A stretch of 64,000 nucleotides of DNA from an uncultured Nitrospiraceae bacterium (GTDB lineage: Bacteria; Nitrospirota; Thermodesulfovibrionia; Thermodesulfovibrionales; Dissulfurispiraceae). The stretch covers positions 14,756-78,755 of the forward strand of contig CAYMRS010000006.1 in the NCBI GenBank assembly GCA_964392915.1, written 5' to 3'. Positions 1 to 8,119 of this stretch are shown piece after piece (the stretch's first letter is position 1; each line of letters begins with the position of its first letter). Made by a program: the position numbers and the translations under genes. The notes beneath the pieces were generated by a model. It ran no database searches. It saw only the letters and a list, made by a program, of their open reading frames with translations, and was not told where the DNA came from.

Positions 1-1
1 G

Positions 2-157
2 CTGAACTGTGATGAGCATACGCCCACCGCTGTTCAGTGCAACGTTACCGGAACGCCCACTATTGTGGTTTACAAGGCGGGGAAGGAAGTCGATCGCATT
101 GTTGGCGGCCTGCCGAAAGAGACGCTGAAAGAGCGCGTTCTGAAAAAAATCGCTTGA
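2..157 (+). CDS. thioredoxin, C-terminal fragment (5' end lies outside the window)
   Basis: The frame is open from the window edge to TGA at 155-157. The translation ..NVTGTPTIVVYKAGKEVDRIVGGLPKETLKERVLKKIA resembles the conserved thioredoxin C-terminus (G-x-P-T...Y/F-K-x-G..V...G). The CxxC active site would lie upstream of the window and cannot be verified. Confidence 0.7.
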   Translation: MNCDEHTPTAVQCNVTGTPTIVVYKAGKEVDRIVGGLPKETLKERVLKKIA

Positions 158-323
158 GCCGGCGTCAATGGCAAGCAACAAGACCATTATTAATCAATAT
201 GTTATGATGCTTGCCGGGGCTTGTTGGCGGCAAGGCATGAGCTATCAGGCGCACCGGCGTTTTTCGGGAACGGCTCTGCCTGCTGCTGACTGACAGGCGT
301 CGGGCGAAAGGATTCGGAGTATT

Positions 324-1268
324 ATGCACATTCTCGTTGTCGGGCTCGGCGCCCTCGGAATTGCGTTTGCGACACTCCTGAAGAAAGCCGGTCACCGCGT
401 GCATGGACTTACCAAGGAAAAGTATCTGCCGGCTCTTGCAGGGGAAATGTTGCACCTGTCCGGGATATGGGGAGACCACGAGGCATTGCTTGACGGCATC
501 TATGCCGACATTCAGCCGCTGACTCATGAGAAGCCCGACCTCATCATCCTGACGGTTAAGTCGTTTGATACTGAAAGCACCGTGCATTCCATCGCTGCGC
601 TTGTCGGCGCACAGACGCTGGTCATGGCAGCGCAGAACGGGTACGGCAACTATGAAACTGTTGTCCGTATCGTCGGGAAAGAGCACGCCCTCCTTGCGCG
701 CATTATTTTCGGCGCGAAGGTGGTCGGAGTCGGACGGTCGGAAGTTACCGGCATTGCCGATGCCGTGCGGATTGGACAGCCTGAGGGGGCTGTCCCTGAA
801 GGCACGATTATCAAGGTGGCGGAAGCAATAAATGATGCCGGAATTCCGGCAGCTCACTCGCCTGACGTATACGGCATCCTCTGGGACAAGATTCTCTACA
901 ACTGCGCCCTCAATCCCCTCGGAGCCATGCTTGAATGCAGCTATGGCAGACTTGCCGATGACGAAGGCATCAGGCAGGTCATGAACGCTATGATCAGGGA
1001 GATCTTTGACGTAGCCAAAGCCCATCATATCACGTTGCGATGGAGCAGTGCCGATGAATACATCAAACACTTCTACGAAAGGCTCGTGCCGCCCACCCGC
1101 CAGCACTTCCCATCGACCTACCATGATCTGAAGGCAGGCAAGAAGCTTGAGATCGACGCCCTGACAGGCGCTATCGTCCGCCTCGGCAGGGAGAAGGCCG
1201 TGCCCACGCCGGTGAACGAAACCATTACGAATCTCATCAGGGCAAAAGAGCGATTGCGAAATGCCTAG
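324..1268 (+). CDS. panE: 2-dehydropantoate 2-reductase (ketopantoate reductase, ApbA/PanE family)
   Basis: 314-aa ORF with GGAG a few nt upstream of the ATG. It has an N-terminal Rossmann motif (MHILVVGLGALGIAFA) and PanE-like blocks (KSFDT, LYNCALNPLGA, GKKLEIDALTGAIV). Confidence 0.85.
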   Translation: MHILVVGLGALGIAFATLLKKAGHRVHGLTKEKYLPALAGEMLHLSGIWGDHEALLDGIYADIQPLTHEKPDLIILTVKSFDTESTVHSIAALVGAQTLVMAAQNGYGNYETVVRIVGKEHALLARIIFGAKVVGVGRSEVTGIADAVRIGQPEGAVPEGTIIKVAEAINDAGIPAAHSPDVYGILWDKILYNCALNPLGAMLECSYGRLADDEGIRQVMNAMIREIFDVAKAHHITLRWSSADEYIKHFYERLVPPTRQHFPSTYHDLKAGKKLEIDALTGAIVRLGREKAVPTPVNETITNLIRAKERLRNA

Positions 1269-1280
1269 CACCATGCTGAT

Positions 1281-1805
1281 ATGCTCTCATTGACAACCAT
1301 CGCAACGGCATGCCTCATCACATTACTCATCTGCCTGCCGGCGCATTCCGCTGCTGACCCTGCCGACACGGCTCTCCGCGTGATTCTGCGCGCTGAGCCG
1401 ATGCGGTGCGATTATACCGAAGGGTGCTCCTGCGCATCCTACAATCAGCCGGCCTCCCCCTATGCAAAGGCCCGCGCCTGCCCCGCAGGCGGCGGAAAAA
1501 TCGCGTTCTTGGCGTGGGACGCATCCGGAAATAAAGTCGAAGAAGGAGAATTCATTGGTGTCGTCAAGCACGGGCCATGGGTCGACTGGCACACAAACGG
1601 TGTCCGGGCTTCCGAGAGCCGCTTTGATCGCGGAAAGCAGATCGGCCCGTTCAAAGCTTGGCATGACAATGGGAAAATCGCCATCGTCGGTCAGTTCCAT
1701 GACGGGAAACCCCACGGATCCTGGCTCCACTACGCGTCCAATGGAAGCCTGAAGAACAGGCAGGTTTGGGAAAAGGGAGTGCTTGTGTTTCAGCGGGAGC
1801 GCTGA
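1281..1805 (+). CDS. secreted MORN-repeat-variant (YwqK-family-like) protein
   Basis: 174-aa ORF with a signal peptide (..LLICLPAHSAADPA). It has repeated G-x-W-x-x-W/Y-H-x-N-G units (HGPWVDWHTNG, GPFKAWHDNGK, HGSWLHYASNGS). Confidence 0.7.
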   Translation: MLSLTTIATACLITLLICLPAHSAADPADTALRVILRAEPMRCDYTEGCSCASYNQPASPYAKARACPAGGGKIAFLAWDASGNKVEEGEFIGVVKHGPWVDWHTNGVRASESRFDRGKQIGPFKAWHDNGKIAIVGQFHDGKPHGSWLHYASNGSLKNRQVWEKGVLVFQRER

Positions 1806-1875
1806 CGCGCTGTCAGCCGGGTCAACGTTCGAAACCGCCTCTGTCGGCATGGGGCATTCACATACCTCCTGCGCG

Positions 1876-2209
1876 TGAGGTAAGCTGAAAAGAATGGACC
1901 CCAAAGTCTCGGGTAACATACGAGACGAAGGTGGAACAATGGAGCGAAACCCGCGAGGGGCGATACACGAAGGAATTCCGGCTGGAAGCGGTGAAACTGA
2001 TAGTGGAAGGGAAATTATCGACACGAGAAGTAAGCCGTCGATTGACCGTGTCGGAGAATACATTGCAGAACTGGCTGAAAGCATATCGGCAGGGGAAGTT
2101 GTCAGAGGGGGTAAGAACTGCCGCTCCGGGAGCGCTTTTCAGGAAGAAATTAACCGCGCGGCGGCAGTGTTCCACGTGGAACAGGGCAGCATACCGACAG
2201 CAGAAGTGA
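1876..2209 (+). mobile_element. IS3-family insertion sequence remnant (putative left end plus truncated OrfA helix-turn-helix region)
   Basis: ORF 1931-2209 begins ..RYTKEFRLEAVKLIVEGKLSTREVSRRLTVSENTLQNWLKAYRQGKLSEG, the typical IS3 OrfA HTH. No OrfB/DDE part follows, and the coiled-coil part is scrambled across frames. The TGAGG.. start at 1876 as the left inverted repeat is only a guess. Confidence 0.55.
2168..2183. promoter_or_regulatory. parS: parS centromere-like ParB binding site (perfect palindrome TGTTCCACGTGGAACA)
   Basis: Exact 16-bp palindrome matching the parS consensus TGTTNCACGTGNAACA. It lies immediately after the truncated IS3 OrfA region. Confidence 0.8.
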
Positions 2210-2461
2210 TATTTTTCTTAACGTCCCCCGGTCGGTTTTTTAGGCTTTCACCTCTTATCTTAAAAAACAAGCCAAAACGGCAGGTTACGCAGCCTTCATG
2301 CAAAGCGAACTCTCTAAAAATCGCTTCTCATCCCAAGGATTTTCAGGGCATTGAAAATAAACCGATCAGGTGATATAGTTAAATTAACAAATGTTCCGAA
2401 TCATAGGCTGTTGATAAGAGTGGCCAGCAAAATGCAAAAATGTTAACGAAGGGATACACGG

Positions 2462-2971
2462 ATGCTCCTACAGTTTTGCATTGCCTTTTCCATTTTAGTG
2501 ATGTTTCTTGGCGGCTGTGCAACACCAAGCGTCAGGACGATAGAAAAAAGTGACTACTTCGCAAAGCTTTATTTTCTTGTTGATGGAAAAACAACTCGTG
2601 AGGACGTAATTCTCAGGCTTGGAGAACCGACGGGTATATTTGAAGGGGAACGCATTTTCACGTATATACTCGTCATCGACAACGAAGACAAATTGCATGT
2701 TTTGCCGCGGCAGTTTGCGCTGAACGTCGCAGATCCCCGACTCTATTCACGTAATCCTTTATTCTTCCCCTCGCTCCGCTCGGGGAAGAATGAGGCAGTT
2801 GAGCCGGAACTCCTGTCACCCTCGCTCCGCTCGGGCGAAGAACCAGGAGTTCGAAACCGACCGCTTCGCGGCGGCTCAACTGCCTCAGTGTGCAGCCTTG
2901 TGCTTGTTTTTCGCATAGACAATGTCCTTGAGAAGCATAGTCTTGTCGGAACAAAGGATTTAATCAGGTGA
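2462..2971 (+). CDS. small lipoprotein, paralog 1 of 3 (carries an in-frame palindromic insertion)
   Basis: 169-aa ORF with a lipobox (MFLGGC). It shares the motifs T(R)xxV/I..LG.P...FEG.RI.TY and LVLVF...L.KHSLV with the next ORF. Its stop overlaps the next start (GTGA). Confidence 0.75.
   Translation: MLLQFCIAFSILVMFLGGCATPSVRTIEKSDYFAKLYFLVDGKTTREDVILRLGEPTGIFEGERIFTYILVIDNEDKLHVLPRQFALNVADPRLYSRNPLFFPSLRSGKNEAVEPELLSPSLRSGEEPGVRNRPLRGGSTASVCSLVLVFRIDNVLEKHSLVGTKDLIR
2762..2887. repeat. 126-nt nested palindromic element lying in frame inside the lipoprotein gene
   Basis: Hairpin A pairs 2762-2770 TTCTTCCCC with 2782-2790 GGGGAAGAA. A 16-bp perfect stem pairs 2791-2806 TGAGGCAGTTGAGCCG with 2872-2887 CGGCTCAACTGCCTCA. 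An inner 9-bp stem pairs 2807-2815 GAACTCCTG with 2844-2852 CAGGAGTTC. The direct repeat CCTCGCTCCGCTCGGG occurs at 2769-2784 and 2820-2835. The length is exactly 42 codons. Confidence 0.7.
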
Positions 2972-3456
2972 AGCAATACTGTTTGCTGATCCTCCTGGTT
3001 CCGGTATTGTTTCTCAGCGGCTGCCAAACAGTAACTTATGACAACTACTTCTCGGAATCCTATATGTACTCTCGCTGGCTTCCCGCCCTCGAAGAGAACA
3101 AGAGTACACGTTACCAGATTCACGAAAAAGTTGGCTTGCCTTCCCGCTCTTTTGAGGGAGGCAGGATTGTCACCTATCGGATTATGATAAATGAGTGGAA
3201 AAATGGACTGAGCGACACTCAGTTTAAAGCATCTTGTTTGGATAAATATCAAGCGTACGGCAGAATTGAAAAGCTTCTTGCTGACAAACGCTTTGAACGT
3301 TTGGACAAGGAGGGTGCCTTGCTCGTCATTACCGAAGCAAACAAGGACAAATATGAAAAAGAGATCATCGCCGGGATTGTCGAATATCATTTAGTTCTTG
3401 TCTTTGATGCTGTCGATGGTCTGAAAAAACATTCTCTTGTCCGTATACAGCCATGA
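2968..3456 (+). CDS. small lipoprotein, paralog 2 of 3
   Basis: 162-aa ORF with a GTG start overlapping the upstream stop. It has a lipobox (LFLSGC) and shares motifs with paralogs 1 and 3 (VGLPSRSFEGGRIVTY; HLVLVFDAVDGLKKHSLV). Confidence 0.75.
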   Translation: MKQYCLLILLVPVLFLSGCQTVTYDNYFSESYMYSRWLPALEENKSTRYQIHEKVGLPSRSFEGGRIVTYRIMINEWKNGLSDTQFKASCLDKYQAYGRIEKLLADKRFERLDKEGALLVITEANKDKYEKEIIAGIVEYHLVLVFDAVDGLKKHSLVRIQP

Positions 3457-3896
3457 AGCTCGCGTCTTTTCTTGTTTGGAGCGCACTGGCGGCAGCACTG
3501 TCAGGTTGCCTTTATATCCCGACACCTCAACACAGTCTTCTGTCCGGGCGCGGAATGATTGATGAAGAAACAACCCGGGGATTTCGGGCCGGCACTACAA
3601 CTCGCGGAGAAGTTTTGCTGCTCCTGGGTGAGCCTGACGCAACATTCAAAAATCAGAGCGTTTTTCTTTATACCTGGACGCGTACTCAGGGATATTTAGT
3701 CGTTGGCGGTTACGGGAAGGGAGAAATAGTGGCAGTCGGCAAGACCACAGTGCTGTTGCTGGAATTTGGCGAACACAATTACCTGAAGCGGCATGAATAC
3801 CTGTCTCCGGGCTTTTTTTCTTCTCCCGTCAGCAAGGCAACCGAGTGGTTGTCTGAGGGTCCAATGCCAGCCGGCTTGTCAGAAGAGAAGCGATGA
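3453..3896 (+). CDS. small lipoprotein, paralog 3 of 3
   Basis: 147-aa ORF with an ATGA overlap onto paralog 2. It has a lipobox (AALSGC) and shared motifs (TRGEVLLLLGEPDATF..; VLLLEFGEHNYLKRHEYL). Confidence 0.7.
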   Translation: MKLASFLVWSALAAALSGCLYIPTPQHSLLSGRGMIDEETTRGFRAGTTTRGEVLLLLGEPDATFKNQSVFLYTWTRTQGYLVVGGYGKGEIVAVGKTTVLLLEFGEHNYLKRHEYLSPGFFSSPVSKATEWLSEGPMPAGLSEEKR

Positions 3897-4149
3897 AAAA
3901 TGCGCGCAATTCTTGCTTATCCTGTGCACAATGACGGCAGGGTCTTGGGAGTCGGGTTCAGGCAGCAAAATAATCCCGGAATTGTCATTCGGCAAGGCAG
4001 AGCATGAGGATCTGCTCATTGTCGAGCGGCATCCCGAGCCTCTCGCCGAGGTGGGCGGCGGTCACATGCCTTCGGTCACCGAATAAAGCCGCCTCACCCA
4101 TGCCATGCCCTGCATTGTGCGGTCTTTAATCCGGCGAATGGCCCATTTG

Positions 4150-4914
4150 TTATAGATTGACCAGCAAGCCTTTTTGCTTTAAATATTCTTTGACTTCCCT
4201 GATGCTGATGGTGCGGTAATGAAAAACAGAGGCAGCCAAAAGTATCTCCGCGCCTCCTTTCGTAGCGGCCTCGTAGAAATGCTCCAGCTTTCCCGCGCCC
4301 CCAGAAGCTACTACCGGGAGATCAACAGCATCGGAGACGGCTCTCGTGAACTCCAGGTCGTATCCTGCCTGGGTTCCGTCGCCATCCATGCTGGTCGGCA
4401 GGATTACGCCGGCTCCCAAATCCTGACATTGTTTTGCCCATGCAATCGCGTCTTTGCCTACAGGCTTGGTTCCCCCCGAGACAACCAATTCAAAGCCGGA
4501 GGGCATCTGCTTGTTTCTTCTGGCATCAACAGCAATCGTTATTCTTTCAGAGCCATGCGCTTTCGCTGCGAGCTTCACGATGTCGGGGTTCCTGACGGCG
4601 GCGCTGTTCATCGATACCTTATCAGCTCCCGCCTCGAACACGAGATCAATGTCTTCCAGGGAGGCGATACCGCCGCCGACGGTCAGGGGGATGGCGATAA
4701 CCGATGAGACGTTCTTTACCCATTGCAATCGCGTTTTCCGGTTTTCCAGTGTTGCCGCGATATCCAGCATGGCCAATTCATCGGCCCCTTCCTGTTCATA
4801 AAAAGCCGCGTTTTCGACCGGATCGCCGGCATCTCGTAAATTGATAAAGTTTATTCCTTTGACGATCCTCCCGTCTTTCATGTCAAGACAGGGCATGATT
4901 TTTATCAACTTCAT
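4150..4914 (-). CDS. hisF: imidazole glycerol phosphate synthase, cyclase subunit HisF
   Basis: The translation [20 protein letters not shown]...[10 protein letters not shown]...GGGI...ASGGAG is classic HisF. I chose the second ATG (4914) because AGGGAGG lies 5 nt upstream of it. Confidence 0.92.
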   Translation of the reverse strand: MKLIKIMPCLDMKDGRIVKGINFINLRDAGDPVENAAFYEQEGADELAMLDIAATLENRKTRLQWVKNVSSVIAIPLTVGGGIASLEDIDLVFEAGADKVSMNSAAVRNPDIVKLAAKAHGSERITIAVDARRNKQMPSGFELVVSGGTKPVGKDAIAWAKQCQDLGAGVILPTSMDGDGTQAGYDLEFTRAVSDAVDLPVVASGGAGKLEHFYEAATKGGAEILLAASVFHYRTISIREVKEYLKQKGLLVNL

Positions 4915-4985
4915 CAAGGCCTCCCTCTGAAGCATATAAATGCTTTCAATTATATCAATTTGTCATGCCGTTTATGGCATAAAAA

Positions 4986-5001
4986 TGTTCCACGTGGAAC
5001 A
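4986..5001. promoter_or_regulatory. parS: parS centromere-like ParB binding site (perfect palindrome TGTTCCACGTGGAACA)
   Basis: Second exact copy of the 16-bp palindrome, in the hisF/dgt intergenic region. Confidence 0.8.
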
Positions 5002-5064
5002 AAAAGCCCGCGGCGCGCGAAGCCACAATAAATCAGCCAACGTCTCCGCACTTACGATCCGGCA

Positions 5065-6102
5065 TTAGATTACCTTCCACTGCTGCGGAAAGAAGAGCTT
5101 CTCGTAGGTCATCAGCGCAAACCTATCTGTCATGCCGGCGATAAAGTCGCAGATGAGTCGATGTTTTTCAGTGTCGCGGGAGATCGGAACATCCCTGAAA
5201 GCCTCTTCCGGGTGCTCCAGATAATGGGCGTAGAGTGAACGGAGGATGCCTTTGGCCTTTTCGAGCTCGGTTCGAACTGCCGGATTTTCGTATACGGCAC
5301 GATACATGAAGTCGCGGAGTCCATAAACCGCGTTTCCCATCTCTTCGCTCAGCACAACAGCGGTGAGGTTTCTCGCGAGTGAAGCATGGATTACGTCGCG
5401 CACCATCGAATCGATGCGCTTTGCATAAGCATCGCCAATGACATTTGATATCTCTCCCGGCACGTCGGAGCGCTGAACCACCCCGGCGCGAACCGCGTCA
5501 TCAAAGTCGTGATTCAGGTAGGCAACAATATCGGCAATGCGGACCGCCTGTCCTTCCAGCGTTGCCGGCCGCTCCTTTTCCGCCTCCGGGATAATCATGC
5601 CCCTGCCCTTTGAGTGCTTGAGAATTCCGTCGCGCACTTCGTGCGTGAGGTTCAGCCCCTCGCCCTCCTTTTCGAGCGCGTCAACCACGCGAAGACTCTG
5701 CTTATAATGGTCGAACCCGCCGGGGTGCAACTCATTGAGCACCTCCTCGCCCGCATGACCGAAAGGCGTATGGCCGAGGTCGTGGCCGAGAGCAATCGCC
5801 TCTGTGAGATCTTCATTCAGCCGAAGCGCCCGCGCTATGGTGCGGGCTATCTGGGAAACTTCGAGGACATGCGTCAGGCGCGTGCGGTAGTGGTCGCCCC
5901 TGGGCGCAAGAAAAACCTGAGTCTTCTGCTTGAGGCGACGGAATGCTTTGCAATGAATGATGCGGTCGCGGTCGCGCTGAAAGCAGGTTCGGATGTCGTC
6001 TTCACTGTCCGCCCTGGCTCTCCCACGGCTCCGGCTGCTCAGGCACGCATGGGGATGCAGTATCCGGCGCTCAATCGCTTCTGTCTGTTCCCGTATGTTC
6101 AT
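5065..6102 (-). CDS. dGTP triphosphohydrolase-like HD-domain phosphohydrolase (short form)
   Basis: 345-aa ORF with the HD motif ..[15 protein letters not shown].. and an ..[20 protein letters not shown].. N-terminal block typical of the dGTPase family. Confidence 0.85.
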   Translation of the reverse strand: MNIREQTEAIERRILHPHACLSSRSRGRARADSEDDIRTCFQRDRDRIIHCKAFRRLKQKTQVFLAPRGDHYRTRLTHVLEVSQIARTIARALRLNEDLTEAIALGHDLGHTPFGHAGEEVLNELHPGGFDHYKQSLRVVDALEKEGEGLNLTHEVRDGILKHSKGRGMIIPEAEKERPATLEGQAVRIADIVAYLNHDFDDAVRAGVVQRSDVPGEISNVIGDAYAKRIDSMVRDVIHASLARNLTAVVLSEEMGNAVYGLRDFMYRAVYENPAVRTELEKAKGILRSLYAHYLEHPEEAFRDVPISRDTEKHRLICDFIAGMTDRFALMTYEKLFFPQQWKVI

Positions 6103-6218
6103 ATTGCTCAGCAGAATGACGATGCGCCTATAAAAAAAGAGCCGTCAGAATGATAGCCTGACAGTCATTTTCGCGCTCCCTCATGAACCATCCTTTCACA
6201 AAGATTGCCCCGCCACCG

Positions 6219-7619
6219 CTATGATTTTCCGATCGCAGCCGCAACGCCGTCGGCAAGCGAAACAACATCATTATCCAGCACCGTCCGCGCATCAAACAGC
6301 AGCGCATCGTCCTTGATGCGCGCGATAACGGGCGGGCTCTGATTGCGGAGCTTGGCCTCAAGCGCATTGACGGTCAGAATTGCCGGGCGAATGGCAACAG
6401 CATACGTATCCAAAAGGATCTCGGAAAGGGCTCCGCCGCCCGATTGGGAGGCATCCTTCACTATTCGTATATCGGCTTCTCCAGCCGGGACAGCCTTCTT
6501 CAGGCGTGCGGCTATCTTCTGCGCACGCTTCCTAATCTCAGCGGGCTTCATGAAGAGCATGCGAAGCGTCGGTATCTCACGCTTTGCCCGCTCTTCGTCA
6601 AGATATAGATGAAGCGTCGCCTCAAACGCCGCAAGCGTCATCTTGTCGACCCTCACGGCACGCATAAGCTGATTTTTTGCTATAATATCAATGAGTTCCT
6701 TCTTCCCAACGATAATCCCGCCCTGCGGGCCGCCCAGCAGTTTGTCGCCGCTGAATGTGACGAGGTCGGCCCCGGACTTGAGAATTTCCTGGACGGTCGG
6801 TTCGATGTGGATGCCATACGGCCTCATGTCAATCAGGCTGCCGCTTCCAAGGTCGAACATAACCGGTATCGTATGCTTTTTTCCGAGCGCGGCCAGACGT
6901 TCAATCGACGGGGTTTCCGTAAAGCCGACCATGCGGAAATTGGATTGATGGACTTTCATCAGAAGCGCGGTGTTTTCGTTGATGGCGCGCTCATAGTCAT
7001 ACACATGCGTCTTGTTCGTCGTGCCGACCTCGCGCAGAAGAGCGCCGCTGTTGCTCATCACATCGGGAACGCGGAATGACCCTCCGATTTCGACCAGTTC
7101 GCCGCGGGAGACAATAACCTCCCTGCCCTTTGCGAGGGCGAGGAGGCAGACGAAAACCGCAGCCGCATTATTATTCACGATAAGACTCGCCTCAGCACCC
7201 GTAATGTCGTTGATCAGGCGCTGCACATGGCTGTACCGCTTGCCGCGCCTGCCCTGCTCGAGATCGTACTCCAGATTGGAATAGCCGGATGCAATCTCTG
7301 ATACATGGCGTAAAACAGCCTCTGAAAGAACCGAGCGGCCGAGGTTCGTATGAATGACAACTCCCGTCGCATTGATAGCCGGCTGAAGGCTGTATGCGCA
7401 GAGCTTTTTAATGCGGGTCTCCATCTCTGATTGCAGCGCCGCCAGATCGACCATAGAGCGGACACCGGAGCGGATATGATCACGCTCCCGCTGGAGCACG
7501 TCGCGGATGCCCTGCAGCACATACCGGCGCGCATAGCGGCTGATCCAATATGTTCCTTCCGCGGACTTCAGAACTTCATCAACAGACGGCAATGCGGCCA
7601 GCAGTTTTTGATGGTCCAT
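6219..7619 (-). CDS. selA: L-seryl-tRNA(Sec) selenium transferase SelA
   Basis: 466-aa ORF. The N-terminus ..LPSVDEVL.. and the PLP-lysine block FSGDKLLGGPQGG are hallmark SelA sequences. Confidence 0.9.
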   Translation of the reverse strand: MDHQKLLAALPSVDEVLKSAEGTYWISRYARRYVLQGIRDVLQRERDHIRSGVRSMVDLAALQSEMETRIKKLCAYSLQPAINATGVVIHTNLGRSVLSEAVLRHVSEIASGYSNLEYDLEQGRRGKRYSHVQRLINDITGAEASLIVNNNAAAVFVCLLALAKGREVIVSRGELVEIGGSFRVPDVMSNSGALLREVGTTNKTHVYDYERAINENTALLMKVHQSNFRMVGFTETPSIERLAALGKKHTIPVMFDLGSGSLIDMRPYGIHIEPTVQEILKSGADLVTFSGDKLLGGPQGGIIVGKKELIDIIAKNQLMRAVRVDKMTLAAFEATLHLYLDEERAKREIPTLRMLFMKPAEIRKRAQKIAARLKKAVPAGEADIRIVKDASQSGGGALSEILLDTYAVAIRPAILTVNALEAKLRNQSPPVIARIKDDALLFDARTVLDNDVVSLADGVAAAIGKS

Positions 7620-8119
7620 GGAAACGCTCCTTAAACGCTTAAAAAATGATACCTCAAAAATCGAACTATGGAAGAATTAATTTTCCATAGAAAACGAATC
7701 GTTACGTATGTTGAAAAATGCGGTCCAACACTGATTTGCAAACCAGCGTACATTTAATCGGTTGCCTTTCGCGCTATTGTAACCGGTTATCCGAGACTTT
7801 TCAAAGGAATCCGTTTTGTATTATGATATGTACTTGTAAAATAGGCTTCTTGATTAGTTATATAGATAATAACTGGTTTGTTGTGATTGCTGATTGATGA
7901 CAAATGTCTGCCTACGTGACTATTCAATCAGACAACCGCAATCAACAATTCCTGAAACATCCGGTCTCGTTGCTGGAAAGATGCCTGATCGACCTTATCG
8001 AAGGGGCGCTCACGCAGGAACTGTTGATGAAATAAAGTGTCCGCAACGCCGACCGCAGGGGACCGATCTATCCATGATGGTACTGCGGCGGGTTTCCCGT
8101 GAAGGAGAATACAGTTATT

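Noticed and set aside
165-1274. Long antisense ORFs in the track. Examples: 165-1274 opposite panE, 8795-9751 opposite serA, 11179-11943 opposite serC, 13842-15179 opposite hsdM, 18621-20135 opposite hsdR, 24924-25886 opposite the GltD-like gene, 31104-32462 opposite uvrA, 61490-62698 opposite uvrC.
   Set aside because: Each lies opposite a gene with unmistakable family motifs. Their translations are Arg/Ala/Pro-rich low-information sequence typical of shadow ORFs in GC-rich DNA, and I saw no ribosome-binding sites.
1894-2373. 159-aa ORF overlapping the IS3 remnant and parS.
   Set aside because: It is a frame mixture across the decayed IS. The only recognisable part (OrfA HTH) is in the 1931 frame, and the rest runs through parS and a non-coding spacer.
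2844-2871. tRNA-like T-arm motif (GGAGTTCGAAACC) inside the palindromic element.
   Set aside because: The flanking bases do not form a T stem, and no acceptor or anticodon arms can be drawn.
3793-4086. 97-aa plus-strand ORF and a 38-aa minus-strand ORF (3985-4101, MGEAALFGDRRHVTAAHLGERLGMPLDNEQILMLCLAE) in the convergent spacer between the lipoprotein cluster and hisF.
   Set aside because: Neither has a ribosome-binding site or recognisable motifs. The plus-strand ORF overlaps the end of lipoprotein 3. Possibly a gene fragment, but unsupported.
5065-6102. The dGTPase-like gene as an anti-phage dNTP-depletion defence gene.
   Set aside because: It is the short, widely conserved housekeeping-type HD phosphohydrolase in a housekeeping context (next to selA), and nothing in the sequence marks it as a defence variant.
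7966-8030. Resemblance of ..TGGAAAG..ATCGAAGGGGCGC..CGCAGGAAC.. to glycine-riboswitch conserved blocks upstream of serA.
   Set aside because: Only the CGAAGGGGC block matches. The GGAGAG and CUCAGGCAAAAGGAC elements and the required helices are not reproduced, and the segment is too short for an aptamer.
7620-8099. Possible oriC in the AT-rich selA-serA spacer, given the nearby parS sites.
   Set aside because: The best DnaA-box-like matches (TTATCCGAG, TTTTCCATA) are 6-7 of 9, there is no cluster, and no dnaA/dnaN is adjacent. The evidence is insufficient.
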